In this document: positions 11,820 to 25,022 of the stretch, one piece after another
Position numbering within the stretch: position 1 is the stretch's first letter
Layout: each line of letters begins with the position of its first letter
Source: Camelus ferus
Taxonomy: Eukaryota
Assembly: GCF_009834535.1 (NCBI RefSeq)
Contig: NC_045697.1
Location: forward strand, 98,644,001-98,708,000
DNA length: 64,000 nt
Direction of reading: 5' to 3'
Notes under the pieces: model-generated
Seen by the model: only the letters and a program-made list of their open reading frames with translations
Told to the model about the DNA's origin: nothing
The model's database searches: none
Position numbers and translations under genes: made by a program

Positions 11820-14661
11820 TCTAGAGGGAAGAACTCTGTACTATCAGCGCAATATTCCTCAGCTCCCATGTTTCTATTTATAGCTGTAAACCTGGCCACT
11901 TCTTGAGTACCCCAGAAATGTTAGTGATGGGCATCATATAGAAACACAGACCTGATGATGTCTTTGTGGAGAGCACTTGTCCCACCAGATTCTTTTAGTT
12001 TCTGCCTTTTCAATCCATCCAGGGCCTTATGCTAGGAAAGCCCAGCTTGTGGAGATGCTTGGCCAGCCAAGTAACAATTGAACACCAATTTAATGTGTTA
12101 ACCTGAGCTTTCATGGGGAGAGATTTCCTTTTCCTTAGCCATATCTTCTAGAAGAATCTGGTATGACTAAAGGTACAGCTCAGCCTTATCCAGAAAACAC
12201 TTTGGCATTCTTGTCTGTGACTGCTGCCTAGCAAAGTAAGGTCGCTGGGATTGTCACACTGTCTCGAAGCTTGTATTTTTAGGTTAAGAGTCGTGACCTT
12301 CACTTGATATCTCTAGTAATGCCATGTGGGTCGTTACACCGCTTTGTACACTTTGTGCTGTGCCAATGTGTGTGCTGTAATGGCAGTGACTGATGGTAGT
12401 GACCTGGCAGATGCAGGAGGTGGAATTCGACCTCTGTTTATTCCTGTGTGTGCCCCTGGCTCGGCTCCATCCAGTTGTCCTGGCTTCGGATCAGTAGTCA
12501 GAGATGCTGATGAGCAGTGGTCCAAGGTGCAAGCAGCCTTCTCCAGGGCCAGACCTTTGTCAGTTGTGCAATCCTGACAGAACTGTGTCATCGCTTAACC
12601 TGTGTATCCATGTCTCTAAAATGGCAAATAACTATTTCACTGGAGTATTGGAAAGAGCAATGAAGATAGATGGAAAGAGTGTGACACATGCTGGGCTCTT
12701 AAATGTTAATAGCTTCTCTTTAAACCCAGAAAGCAGCTTCATCAAACTTAACAAAATAGGTAACATTTAGCTACCACTTAAGGATGTGCTAAGTATATAT
12801 AGTTTAACTCAATTCTCAGCAACTCGATGAAGTAGGTCACAGTGATCCCCAGTTGAAGAAACTGAGTCACAGAGAGGGAAATAATTTGTTCAGGATCCGA
12901 TTCGTAAGAGGAGCTGGGATTTGAAACCCACTCAGAAGCCTAACTTAAACACAATGCCTGTGTTTAAGACCATTTTGCCTCTAGAGCTGTAGACTGGACT
13001 CAGAGAAAAGTCAGCTTTAGCCATAAGGCTTTCACAAGCTAACATACCCAGCTGCCAAGTACTCCAGGCCTGCCAGTCATTAGTCAGTCATTAGTATGAA
13101 ATTTGAAGACTGGTCACTGACTAAGATACTTGACCTTCACCAGAAAATAGTGTATTTTCCTAAATTGGCACTTAGAATCCAGTCTGTTAGAACCAGGGAT
13201 TAGTTATTGCACTACAAGTCCATACTCCTACACAAAATTTGAAGGTGGTCCCATTCATTTACCAGGTGGACCTGTGGGGGCATGTTGCACTGTTTGGTTT
13301 TCTAGCTGATGGGTACAGAACACAAAGAGAGGGCCCTGACTATAGAATTCCAGAAAGATGGTTACATTTAATAGTGACTCAGGACAAGTCATTTGTGAGC
13401 CTTGGTGTCTTCATCTGTAAAATAGCTAAGGAGTTCTTGAGGGTCTCAGCAAGTGCTCTGCCAGTGTTTGACAGGATCCTTGACACTCTGTTGTTTGCCA
13501 TCCTTTGATCAACATTGTTGAAGCACGGGGCTGGGTATCTGGGGAAGTGGTAGACAAGGTAGATATAGGCCCTGTCCTCTGGAGCTTAGTCTAATGAGTA
13601 AAGGACAGGGCTTGTAGTTCAAATATCAAGAGTGATTTAAGTAAGAGAATCAGGCCAGGGGTAAGAAAAGGGGAGCCACTGGGGCCTGCTCCATGTAGCT
13701 GTGAAGTGTAGGGGCTGTGAGTATTGATTTCTTCAGTAAATATTAAATATACCACATATCCACATTCAAGCTGTTTTAGGTCGATTGTCCACATCTAAGC
13801 TGTTTTAGGTCAATGGTTATCCTGTAAATATTTTCACTCACTTGTCTTAGTGATCACATTTATAACTCAAGAACCTACTCTTAAGTCTGAATATTCGTCG
13901 CCAAGTGAGCTAAGCTTTCTGAGGTGGTTCAACACACGGCCAGTAGGTGGCAGCATAGGATTGCTGTTTCAGTGATGCCTTCCTGTGACGTCTGTCCTTT
14001 ACAGTTTTGTGTGCTTTTAGTCTTGGAGGTTTCCTTGGGCTCAAGGTTGGTCAGCTCCAGCAGCTTCTCAGGTGTGTATCCAGATAATCCTGGCATTTGC
14101 TTAGCTTTTGCTTTTAATCAGCATTTTTGCCAAGCCTTTGCTTCAAAGGACTAAGCTTAGACTAACTGTGAGAAATTATTAACAGGCCGAATGGTTTGGG
14201 CAAACTCTAGAATTGCTGGGTAACTAGAGAAACATTGTGTGGAGAGAGGTCCTTCTGCTGTGATCTGCGTGCTGTTAGGACTGCTTGGAATGGTCAGCCC
14301 CATCAGTCTGGGTCTCCAATGTTAGGATTCCCCCCCAGCATTCTGATTATTGAATGAAGGTGTTTCATTAAACCGTCCCTGATCATTGCCCTCTGATGGT
14401 TGGCACTCTTAGGAACTTATATTGTAGTTTGCCTGTTGCTTTAGAACAGCAATTTATGTAGTATTTGGTAGAATAAAGAATAAACATTCTGTATTTTAGT
14501 GATTAGCCCACTTTTGCTTAATTTATTAGGAAAATAAAGGGATGACAAACAGGGGGATTTTACAAATCACTACTGTATTTCTGGAATCTAAATAATCTGA
14601 ATTCTCTGGTAAAGGCTAATATAAGGATAAGAATTATTTATTCCTATAAAGCAGTGAGGTA

Positions 14662-14663
<2 letters not shown>

Positions 14664-14696
<33 letters not shown>
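14664..14696. repeat. (CAT)11 microsatellite
   Basis: Directly visible perfect trinucleotide run. Confidence 0.95.
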
Positions 14697-15029
14697 GGAA
14701 TGCAGGCATCCAGTTTTGTGTGTATTTGGAAATACAGAACTGGGAAATGGCAAGCAATGGGAGCAGTGCAGCTACATGAGAATTTCAGCTGCTTTCATTG
14801 GCCTTTTGCCTGTGTAGATTATATCATGTGTATGTATTACATTGAGAATGACGCCTGATACTGCGATCTAGTAAACTGTCTGGGAAAAATTAATTTGGGG
14901 CAAAAACCGAATATAATATGGAGTCAAATAAAAAATAGCCCATCTCCAAACACATTATATTGGACCTAGAAGCCAGTATGAGTGCCAGTTAAGTTCAGCA
15001 GAGGTTTTGTCAAGAAATAATACATTCCA

Positions 15030-15100
15030 CATACACCAGAAATTGACACAACGTTGTAAACTGATTGTAACTCAATAAAATTAAAAATAATAATAAATAA
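15030..15100 (+). mobile_element. 5'-truncated L1 3' end
   Basis: TACACCAGAAATTGACACAACGTTGTAAACTGA...AATAAA plus A-rich tail; flanks AAATAATACATTCCA / AAATAATATGTTCCA resemble a TSD. Confidence 0.7.
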
Positions 15101-16129
15101 TATGTTCCAGTATCTTAAGCTACCATCTGGGTGAATTGTTTGTGCTGCCTCCCTTCGGGAAAGTGGCTTTCCATGTTACTATTCTGAACTTCAGACAATC
15201 GTTTTAAAGCCCTAAATGGCAGCACCTATTAAGGCATAAAACTTCAGTAGAAAGCAGTCTTGGAATCAAACATGTGTCTGATTTATGTGTGAAAAGGATT
15301 TTTTTTAATGGTTGATACTCGAAAGTGATTATTTTTTAAAACAGGTGAGAGACAATGGGAATTGTTACTAGGTTGTAACAATTGTTACTCAGTTATAATT
15401 GCCCACCCCTTTTATAGAGGCATAATCAGAGTGGCATAATCAGAGGACTGTGGTGAGAATTACTTGAAAATACCACAGTCGAAGCAAGCAGAATTTGTGA
15501 GTGGTGCATAGTAAGCATTCAGCAGTCACTAGTTGTCACTGGAATCATTCTTAGGATGGGAGAGGGACAGGAGGGTGCCCCAGTCTTCAGCCTTCCTTTG
15601 TCCTCAAATCTAAATAAATTGCCTTACTACCTTAGGTGGATCTGAGCCTTGGTTTACAGGATTATAAGTAAAAAACAGCATGTGGAGTCCTCATAGTGTC
15701 CGCTTTTAGTTCCTAATTCCCTAGCCGGTGTTTTGTACTTTGAACTGATGTCTGTTATGTTACCAGAAAGTTTTGTGTTGAGAAGTAACTGAGTAAGTTC
15801 ATTTGTTCCTTGGGCTAGAAGCAGAAAAGAACTGAAGTCAGGAAGAATTGGGACTTCCCCAAATCCCTTCTGATTTGATTCAGTAACCTGACTTCCTGAG
15901 AAGACTATTTTTGAGGTATAGAGTCTAGGTTGGATATTAGGAATGATGGGATAAAGGTGAGGGGAAGTGATCCATGATTGGAGGTAGTACTGGTCTGTGG
16001 AGACAGCTTGCAGCAGTGGCGTCCCACATTTGGTGGTCAGAGGCTGTCAGTTTGAAACAAATTTGGTTATGTGCTCTGTGTCTGTATGAATTATAGACAT
16101 GCCTACTTTATTATTTCATTGTGTCTTAA

Positions 16130-16270
16130 TTTTACTTTTTTGGGGGGGATAATTAGGTTTATTTTTTATTTATTTATTTATTTTTTTTTGAGGTACTGGG
16201 GATTGAACCCAGGACCTTTTGTATGCTAAGCATGCACTCCACCACTTGAGCTATATCTTCCCTTCCCCCC
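16130..16270 (-). mobile_element. Vic-1-like SINE
   Basis: GAGGTACTGGGGATTGAACCCAGGACC...GAGCTATA on the + strand with a T-rich tail. Confidence 0.85.
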
Positions 16271-16409
16271 TCATTTCATCTTTTTTAGATGGAAAAGTTC
16301 TCATTTTCTTCCCAGGGGATTGCTTTGTTTATGTCCCCGAACAGGATGTCCACACTTTGATGACGGTTAATCCAGCATAGACATTTTCTGGACATTAGTG
16401 AAAACTATT

Positions 16410-17545
16410 GAGTACCCCACAGTTTGTTTATATGGGTTAATATATAACGTAATATATGATATGTATATCATGTAAATAGTAAACTTGAGAATTTTAAAAT
16501 GCTTATCAAGTCATTTAATTTAGTAATAAAGTCAGGGTTAACATAAGTAACATTTTTGTGGAAAAAATAGCTTTTCCAAAACAAAGAGAAATTAGTGAAA
16601 AGAGTGACATTGTTTGACATTTTTGGAAATCTCTTTAAAAGTCTGGCTTAATAAGAGACATCTGTATTCTCATAATCTCCCTTCAATCTGTTGTGATATG
16701 TTGTTTTTGTTAAAATAAATGAAGACAATCCAGTCTCTCACAGAAACGTAGTTGGAAAAAAGTTTTAACAGCCTTTTTAGAAAATCATTCTTTGTTTTCT
16801 GTATTTATTTGCAGTGTGGAATCTGATACCAGATGAATGAACTATTTGTATTCTGTTACCCTGTAATCCACTGATTTGCCTGGCACTTTGAATGGGTCTT
16901 TTGCCCATGTGTGATTTTGTGTTAGTGGTATGGGAAATGTTGGTTAACTGGGTTATACAGTATAAAAATAACCTTAAGTAAGATCACCACCCATCTTGTT
17001 CAGCTCCTGATGGCAGACATGTTTTGCGAAATTTTCACTGGGAGATTTTTATCGTTGACCCAAATGCTGTCCATTGTTTTCCTTAAAGTGACAGGCTCAC
17101 ATCATACACTTTAGTTTCTGTCTGACATCCAGGTCTGGTTAACTGTAGTTTGTCAGTTTGTGGAGGTAAAGATGGTGTTCTGTGAAGACCGGGGCAAGTT
17201 CATTTTGCAGCAAAAGTGTTTGTGTGGACTTTTCATTTTGTCACATACTAAAAACGTCACCAAGACTCTATATTTAACAAAAGTACTTATTACTGCCTAA
17301 TTAAGGACATTTTAAAGTAAAACTGGCATTAGCAAAAAGAAAAACCCATGTGTGGTGGTGGAGAGCACAGCAGCTACTGGTGGAGCCCGGAGCTGCTGCT
17401 GGATTTGTGCGGACACAGCAGCCTCACCACGGCTGCAGGCAAAGCAAAGACCAGCACAGTGAAAATGGCAAATGGTGTCTTGTGTTGTGGGAAGAGTTTG
17501 GTCATGCCCTCCTGCAGAAGGGTCTCAGACACCACCAAGGGTCTG
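16410..17545. mobile_element. hAT-Charlie1-like DNA transposon remnant
   Basis: GTGAAAAGAGTGACATTGTTT...AAATCTCTTTAAAAGTCTGGCTTAATA and terminal GAAGGGTCTCAG motifs; related to 49315-49745. Confidence 0.6.
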
Positions 17546-18849
17546 TGAGCTACCCTCGGGCTTCATCTTCTCTTCATTCTGTCACTCATCCTTTGGCCGG
17601 ACCGCAGCCTTGCCAAGCATGTTCCTTTCTCAGGGCCTTTTTTTTTTTACTCTGGCATTTGCTCTTCCCCCTGCTCAGAGTGTTCTTGGATTTCTTCTAT
17701 AAGACTGGTGTCCTTACCACATTCAGGTCTCTCAAATTCCATCTTTTAGTGAGACTTCCTTGAGCATCTTGTATAATAAATGAGCATCTCCAGTGGGCCA
17801 GAGTGGTGGCAAGTGTGTGTGTGTGTGAGTGAGGCGGGGGTTATGGTGGCCACCTACGACCAAGTGAGTGGTGTCCTCAGGAATTAGGGGTGATTCTCTT
17901 AGTCCTATTTTTTAAGTCTTTTTCTGATTATTCTTACCCATCCTGACTGTTTTAGCCCTTCCTATACCCTAGCCCATTCCACACAGTATCCACTCACTTT
18001 TGTTATTCACATGTATTAATCTCTGCCAAAAACTTGTTACCTTCTTGAAAAGGTCAGCTCATGTTTTATAGATATGAAGTGCCCTTCCCCAAACTCAGAG
18101 AATAGGGAAATAAGAATGTAAAATTAACATACTGAGGACTGTGAGGTTGGATTAGATCGCAGATACTAGTTTTACCAGAGACAACCGGCCAGGAGAGTGA
18201 ACTGCGGAGGTGGACAGAGCGCGGCGTGCACAGTGGGAGCGGAGTCCACTGTCTGGGAGGCGGACCAGCAGGAACATCTTTCAGGACCATTGTGTCTCCC
18301 TGTCTTGATTCCATGCTCACCGTGCAACAGGGTGATTTGTCGCCTGATGACCAGATACTTTGGTATCAGAAGGCATGTCCCAGGCCGCTTTGTCACTAAG
18401 TAATCTGGTATTCAGGCTTGCATTGGTCCATCTTGGGGACTATCTTTGGGTTTCCTACAAGATTGGAGGAACAGGGACAGGTAAATACTCCCAAACCATT
18501 CCTCTCTACCCAGTCTCAGTCAAAATTTAACCTAATTACCCCTTTCTTGGGTAAATAAATCTGTGGTGAAACAAGAGCAAAAGTTCTATGTTAGTAAAAC
18601 TTTTAAAGACAGTCCTCAGTAATACTCCGCACGGAGTACTGTTATCACAGATGACAGATTGTCCATTTGAGGTCTCAAATTTGAGGGGAATAAAAGTCAT
18701 TCTGAGTAACATTCAAGTTTTCTTGATAGAGATGTATGTTCCTCCAGTGCAAGTAGTAGAGATTATTTTGAAGTTGCTACCAGTTTTAACCTAGGTGCAT
18801 TTTCCAAATAATCTTAAAGAAATTATGGTCACTTAACAAGCCCTCATCT

Positions 18850-19128
18850 TAATTTTTTTGGTTTTTTTTTCTTAATTTTGTTTTTTGCGGGTGGAGGTAA
18901 TTAGATTTATTTTGGTTTTTCAATGGAGGAACTGGGGATTGAGCCTACTCTACCACTTCAGCTATACCCTCTCCCCTATTTTTTGTTTTTTATTTTTTAA
19001 ATTGAAGTATAATTGATTTACCATGTTAGTTTCTGGTGTAAGCATAGTGTTTCAGTTATATATATATAGGTACACATACACAGTTTTCCATTATGGTTTA
19101 TTATAGGATGTTGAATATAGTTCCCAGG
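18850..19128 (-). mobile_element. Deleted Vic-1-like SINE followed by an L1 3' fragment
   Basis: GGAGGAACTGGGGATTGAGCC...GCTATACCCTCTCCC, then TTTTAAATTGAAGTATAATTGATTTA...ATATAGTTCCC. Confidence 0.7.
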
Positions 19129-22100
19129 GAACAAGCCCTGGTTTTAGAGGCTCTGTAAGCAGGTCTAGAGAATGTGGAAAAGCTCAACAGTGGTAGAGCT
19201 GGGACTGGAATTATAAAGGACCTAGTACTGTAGCCCATGCTGCAGTATGTCCTTCATCTTTTTGCTGCAAAACCTTTTCTTTTGATGGTAGATTTAATTT
19301 TTGAAAACTACCAAAAGTCATTCAGTCACAAATAAGATGGATGACAAGATTTAATAATTCACTATGGGTCTAAAATGAGCTAGCTTTAACAGGAATGTTT
19401 TCCTCGAGTGTTGTTGCTAATAGCTTATAAATGTATTTCCAAAACCAAACCAAAAAAGGACCACAAGGAATGATGGGATTAGAATATCCAGTTTGCTTCA
19501 TCTCACATCTGCACAACAGTCTCAGAATAACGATTCTAATACTACATTACTATGATCACAGTTAAATATGCTTTCCTCTTTGGTCCCTGCTCCCCCACCA
19601 ACACATGCTCTTTGTTTGGTCCTACTAAATCTTTGTTCACTATTCGATCACATAGCCCTTATTGTACTCTCTTTTAACCTCATTTAGATTTTATTTTCTA
19701 AGCAGCTATATATTTAATATAGTACCACCTTGTTCTTATCAATATTTCTGGTCATTTGGTCTAAGGCTTGTTGTCTAGTTCCAAGAGTGGCAAGATTTTT
19801 CTGAAAAGGGCAGGATAGCAAACATTTAGGCTTTGAAGGCTAAAAATGATCCTGTCACACAGTGTGTGTCTATGTGCGTGAGTGTGTGTGTAAAACCATT
19901 CTTAGCTTGAGAACTGTACAGAAATACATCCGGCTGCAGTCTGCATCCCTAGTCTAGTAGTTTCTGCACTAAGGGCTCATGGAGTCAATATTTAGTTTCG
20001 CTGGATATAAAATCCTAGACTCACATGTAGATAAGCCATATATATACACATCATACACTTTAGTTATGTATATAGTTTGTCAGTTCAGATATGTAACTTC
20101 ATTTTCTTCTGGTATGAAACACTGCAGTTGAAGTCTGGTGATAGATACTCTAAGTTACCTGCTGTTTTTGCCCAGATGCCAAAGGGATTTCTTTCTTTTT
20201 CTTTACAGTCCAGTTGGTGTTGGTCATTCTTGGTTGATATTCTCAGGTATGTGATGTGTTTTTTCAATAAATAGTTTCAAGTATTAAAAAAAATTCTTTT
20301 TAGAATAATAAAGATAAGGCAGACCTTTATGTGTTGATGGTTTGAGTATGTCCACGATGCATGTTTTTTTGCCTCATAATTAATTTTTCCCTTTTAAACA
20401 GTTCATTTTAATTTTTTCCAGCTTTATTGAGGTGTATTTAACAAATAATAATTGTATGTATTTAAGACACACCACGTAATGTATTATTTGGATACCTTGT
20501 GAAATGATTACCTCAGTCGAGCTAATTAACATGTCACTCACATAGTTGTGTGTGTTTAGTGGGTGGGCAAGATCACTTAAGATCTGCTCTTAGGAGATTT
20601 TAAGAATACAGCACAATGTTACTAACTGTAGTCACCATGCTGTATGTTAACACTCCAGAACTTCATCCTGCATGAATGAAACTTTGTACTCTTGGTTCTT
20701 GATTCAAGTATTCTTGATTTAGTTTTTAGTATTTATTTTATTTCCTTGCATTGGTTTTTCCAATACATGAACCTTTGTTACCATATGTTGTATCTTAATA
20801 TAATAACATAATATTTGCCACTGTCTCTCAAATACTTTATCTCATTTCTTTTTGTTATTTTTTTGTTATAAATCCTTTTTGTTGCCTCGGCCTGTGTTTT
20901 CTAATTCTGATTGAAGCTATTCTGTCATTTTCTCAATGACTTAGCTTGTTTTGCAATAGGATACAGTTTTGATCATGTCTTTCTGGCATGCTTTCACTGT
21001 CTAAACGGATGTTATTCTGCTTCTTATTCACTTTCTGTGAAGGTTTTCTAAGTTTTTAGAAGGAAGTGTGGTTCAGGAGTTTTTCTGGCTTCACAGGACT
21101 GTTCAAACCTTTGACTCCTATTGGACCCTATTGCGTCTTTTTCACACACATTTTCACATACTTGCTTTTTATCAGAGTAACCACCCCAAAACTCAGCTTG
21201 GCAAAGATATGATGCCATCAAAAGGATGTAGAGCAATCCTGTTGAAACTGGATCAAATCAAGCTGGTAGTCTGCTTAGAGCCTGACAGATATCAAATACT
21301 GCCGTTTGTTGCACACCGTGGTGCCTGTGTTTGCTGGCTGCGGCGCACTCTGTCAGTCTGGTCCACCGCTGGGGTGATGCTGATGCTGCTCATCTCGAAA
21401 CCACACTTGAGAAACCAGTAGGACCTTTCACTGATTTTTTTTTTTTTAATAGAAAAGGAAGATTTTCAAAGTTGTACTGCCAGCCAAGAAATCTCTTCTT
21501 TGGACTCATGTACTCAGATAGGCAAGCAAATTGGTGAAAAAGAACTGTATATATTCCATTCGAACAGTTTGGAAACGTGTGTGCGTGGTTTTGCGCATGT
21601 GTGCTTGTGAGAAGAGCAGACTTGCTTGCAGTTAGTTGCACGAACACAAAGATGTATGTTGGGAAAACTGGTTTGCATTTCTTTGCCTTAATCTAGATTT
21701 ATAGTTGGAGGGTGGGTTGGGGAACTACTTGTTGATGAAAAGGAACCATAGAGAGCATGCTTGCATGCTTGTTGACTTTGGTGTTTAAGGACACTTGGTG
21801 AATATTTGAATTTGCTTTTGTGACCTACTCCAGTGAACTTGATTGCCTGCCAAATAATGTTTTATGAAGAAGACTTGGTGTCTTTCAAGAAAGGGCAAGA
21901 CATGGTTGGGGTAGGGGAATGCAGATTCCTCTGTACCAGGATTCTTCATGCACACAATCTTAGATATTGTTCAAGTAAAACCTGCCCCTAATTTACACTA
22001 TAATGAAGAGAAAACAGGGTTGACCTAAAAGAGCTATCAGCTACTCCCCGTGAAGTGGCAGGTACAGCTCTCCTCAAGCTAATTCCTTGAAGGTTGTGCA

Positions 22101-22815
22101 CTGTCAGTGAATTCAAATCTAGTTACATAAAAATGTACTGAAGCAGTGCTTCCTGCCCCTCTCCTCACCCTTTCCCCCCAGGATCCCAGGAAATGCGGAC
22201 AACTGTCGCTTACCCCTTCACCATCCCCTTTTCTGATTTTTAAAACATCTGGCAATTGATATTAGATTACAGACTACATTGCTCGGTGATGTTCACAGAA
22301 TTCTGCAGAGAGCCAGAGCCCTGACGTCGGGTTAACATCTACGAGAGATGGAGTCTGGACCTAGTCCCATAGCAGAGATGCCGTGGCTGGAGCAGCAGCC
22401 TGCTTTCACCTCAGCTCTTCTCCAGGACTAACTGGGCTTTCGGTCATTTCCCTCTTTACAAACTGGACTTCGAGTTCTTACTACAATACGTAGACAAAAG
22501 AGTGTGGATTTGGTTTAGCCATGCTTTCATATGACGGGGTTTATAAATTATAAAGACAAATTCTAGATTCAAATAAGCCATAGAGATTGAGGTATTTCAA
22601 CAGTAGTATTTCAAGTGCTTGTCCTAGTGAGAAGTGAGACTCTGGAAACTCCTTCACTCCACTGTGTGGAGCTGGCTTTACATGTGACAACATCGCCCTA
22701 AATTGAGCTCTTGGCTTTGGGCAGTAAATGCTTTATCTTGTAGCTGAGCTGGATGAAAATGGAAGAAAGGCAGGCAAAGAAGCTGCGTGTGTAACTGTGC
22801 TTTCCTTCCCTGTAG

Positions 22816-23088
22816 TGTATTCCATGGGAAACGGTACGAGCAGACTCTATAGTGCTCTCGCCAAGACACTGAACAGCAGCGCCGCCTCCCAGCACCCAGA
22901 GTATTTGGTGGCACCTGACCCAGAACATCTGGAGCCCATTGATCCTAAAGAGCTCCTCGAGGAATGCAGGGCTGTCCTGCACACTCGCCCTCCCCGCTTC
23001 CAGAGGGATTTTGTGGATCTGAGGGCAGACTGCCCCAGTAGCCACCACCCACCTATTAGGGTCATGCAGTGGAACATCCTCGCCCAAG
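22816..23088 (+). CDS. NOCT: Nocturnin coding exon 2
   Basis: Acceptor ttccttccctgtag|TG. Encodes (V)YSMGNGTSRLYSALAKTLNSS...RVMQWNILAQ. Donor AAG|GTATGC. 273 nt, phase 1-1. Confidence 0.97.
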
Positions 23089-24198
23089 GTATGCCTGATG
23101 CGTCTGCAGCTGAGCTGTGATTGCCTTCCTGCTTTTGCATGTCCCGATGCACTGAGGTGTGATGTGGAGGGAAGAGGCGTGGGCAGGCCGAGGTGCAGGA
23201 GGGGCGGTGACCAGGGCAGCAGGGGGAGCTCCAGAGGGGGAGGTTAGGAAAGGGAGTCATCTGGTTTTCACCATCAAATCCCGATGGATTCCATACCCTC
23301 CAGCTTGTAGGCTGTCTATTGAGTGCAGTGAAAGTCTGTGTGCTTCACAGCACACCTAGATTTAAAGGACCCTGTCTTTATCAGCCTCAAACTTTCTGTT
23401 GTCTCCAGCTTTCAGTCCACAGCACTACACTAGGATAACATTTGCTAGAAACTGAGTCTACTGAATGCGCTGGGAGCTGTGGCTAGGTACTCTTGTAGCC
23501 AGATTCTCATCCCAGTGTTATCTTTATAACCTGATGCCAAAGAGATGTTGCTTCAGCTTTCTGTTCACCAAGATACTACTTTGATCTGGTAGCAAGGAAG
23601 CCTTTCCTGGGTCTGCTGAATTAAAAGCAGGTGTGTAAGTCAACTTACTGTTGTATTGCCTATTGTGCAGCAGTTGATATTTTAAGAGGAACTGGGGTCA
23701 CCTTTCACCCCCTTTTCTTATGCCCTGAGTTTCCAACCTTTGATGCTTTTTTTTCCCCAGCTTTTCATCCATAAACAGGAAAAGATGCCTATTTAAAATA
23801 GGTGTCATTTCTTCTGAGTGGTGTCCATATAGACCTGATATGACTTATAGTCAGTGTTGAACTCAGTATATAGAGTTGAATATATTTATTTCATATGATG
23901 TAGTTTAGATCGCTGGGAATGCAGAGAGCCCTGTTTAAGGCTAAAATTTAAACTCTTATGTCCCAGAATGTAGTGACATGAAATAGTTTTAATATGAAAG
24001 AAAATCTGTTGCTTGCTCCATCTGGATGGGAAAGGGTTATTTATTTAGTTCGCCAGATCAGTGCAGTAATAGAGAAGAATCACCCAAAGCATCCGAAGCA
24101 GAGGAAGCACCGGAAGGTAGCAGCAAACCTAAGGTGACTCCCAGGTACTAGAAGTCATGTTCTTAGTAGCTGACAGCTGACTGGCTTCTTTATTTCAG

Positions 24199-25022
24199 CT
24201 CTTGGAGAAGGCAAAGACAACTTTGTCCAGTGCCCTATCGAAGCACTCAAGTGGGAAGAAAGGAAGTGTCTCATCCTGGAAGAAATCCTAGCCTACCAGC
24301 CTGATATCCTGTGCCTCCAAGAGGTGGACCACTATTTTGACACCTTCCACCCACTTCTCAGTAGACTGGGCTATCAAGGCACATTCTTCCCCAAGCCTTG
24401 GTCACCGTGTCTAGACGTAGAACACAACAACGGGCCGGATGGCTGTGCCCTGTTTTTTCTTCAGAACCGATTCAAGCTAGTCAACAGTGCCAACATCAGG
24501 CTGACAGCCATGACTCTGAAAACCAATCAGGTGGCCATCGCCCAGACGCTGGAGTGCAAGGAGTCCAGCCGACAGTTGTGCATCGCCGTCACCCACTTGA
24601 AAGCACGTACTGGCTGGGAGCGATTTCGATCAGCTCAAGGCTGTGACCTTCTCCAGAACCTGCAGAACATCACCCAAGGAGCCAAGATTCCCCTTATTGT
24701 TTGTGGGGACTTCAATGCAGAGCCCACGGAGGAGGTCTACAAACACTTTGCTTCCTCCAGCCTCAACCTGAACAGCGCCTACAAGCTGCTGAGTGCTGAC
24801 GGGCAGTCGGAGCCCCCGTACACGACCTGGAAGATCCGGACCTCGGGGGAGTGCCGCCACACCCTGGACTACATCTGGTATTCCAAGCATGCTCTCAGTG
24901 TGTGCTCGGCTCTGGATTTGCTCACTGAGGAACAGATCGGACCCAACCGCCTACCATCCTTCAATTACCCTTCAGACCACCTGTCTCTAGTGTGTGACTT
25001 CAGCTTTAATGAGGAACCTTGA
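24199..25022 (+). CDS. NOCT: Nocturnin coding exon 3 (EEP-fold catalytic domain; NADP(H) phosphatase, CCR4 family)
   Basis: Acceptor ttctttatttcag|CT. Intact EEP motifs LQEVD, THLKA, GDFNA, TLDYIW and YPSDH. Stop TGA 25020-25022. Spliced CDS 1287 nt = 428 aa. Confidence 0.97.

Noticed and set aside
18344..18440. Possible C/D-box snoRNA (TGATGA motif)
   Set aside because: No suitably placed CTGA D box or terminal stem.
22678..24990. Overlapping shadow ORFs across NOCT exons 2 and 3
   Set aside because: Alternative frames or antisense of true coding exons; no independent support.
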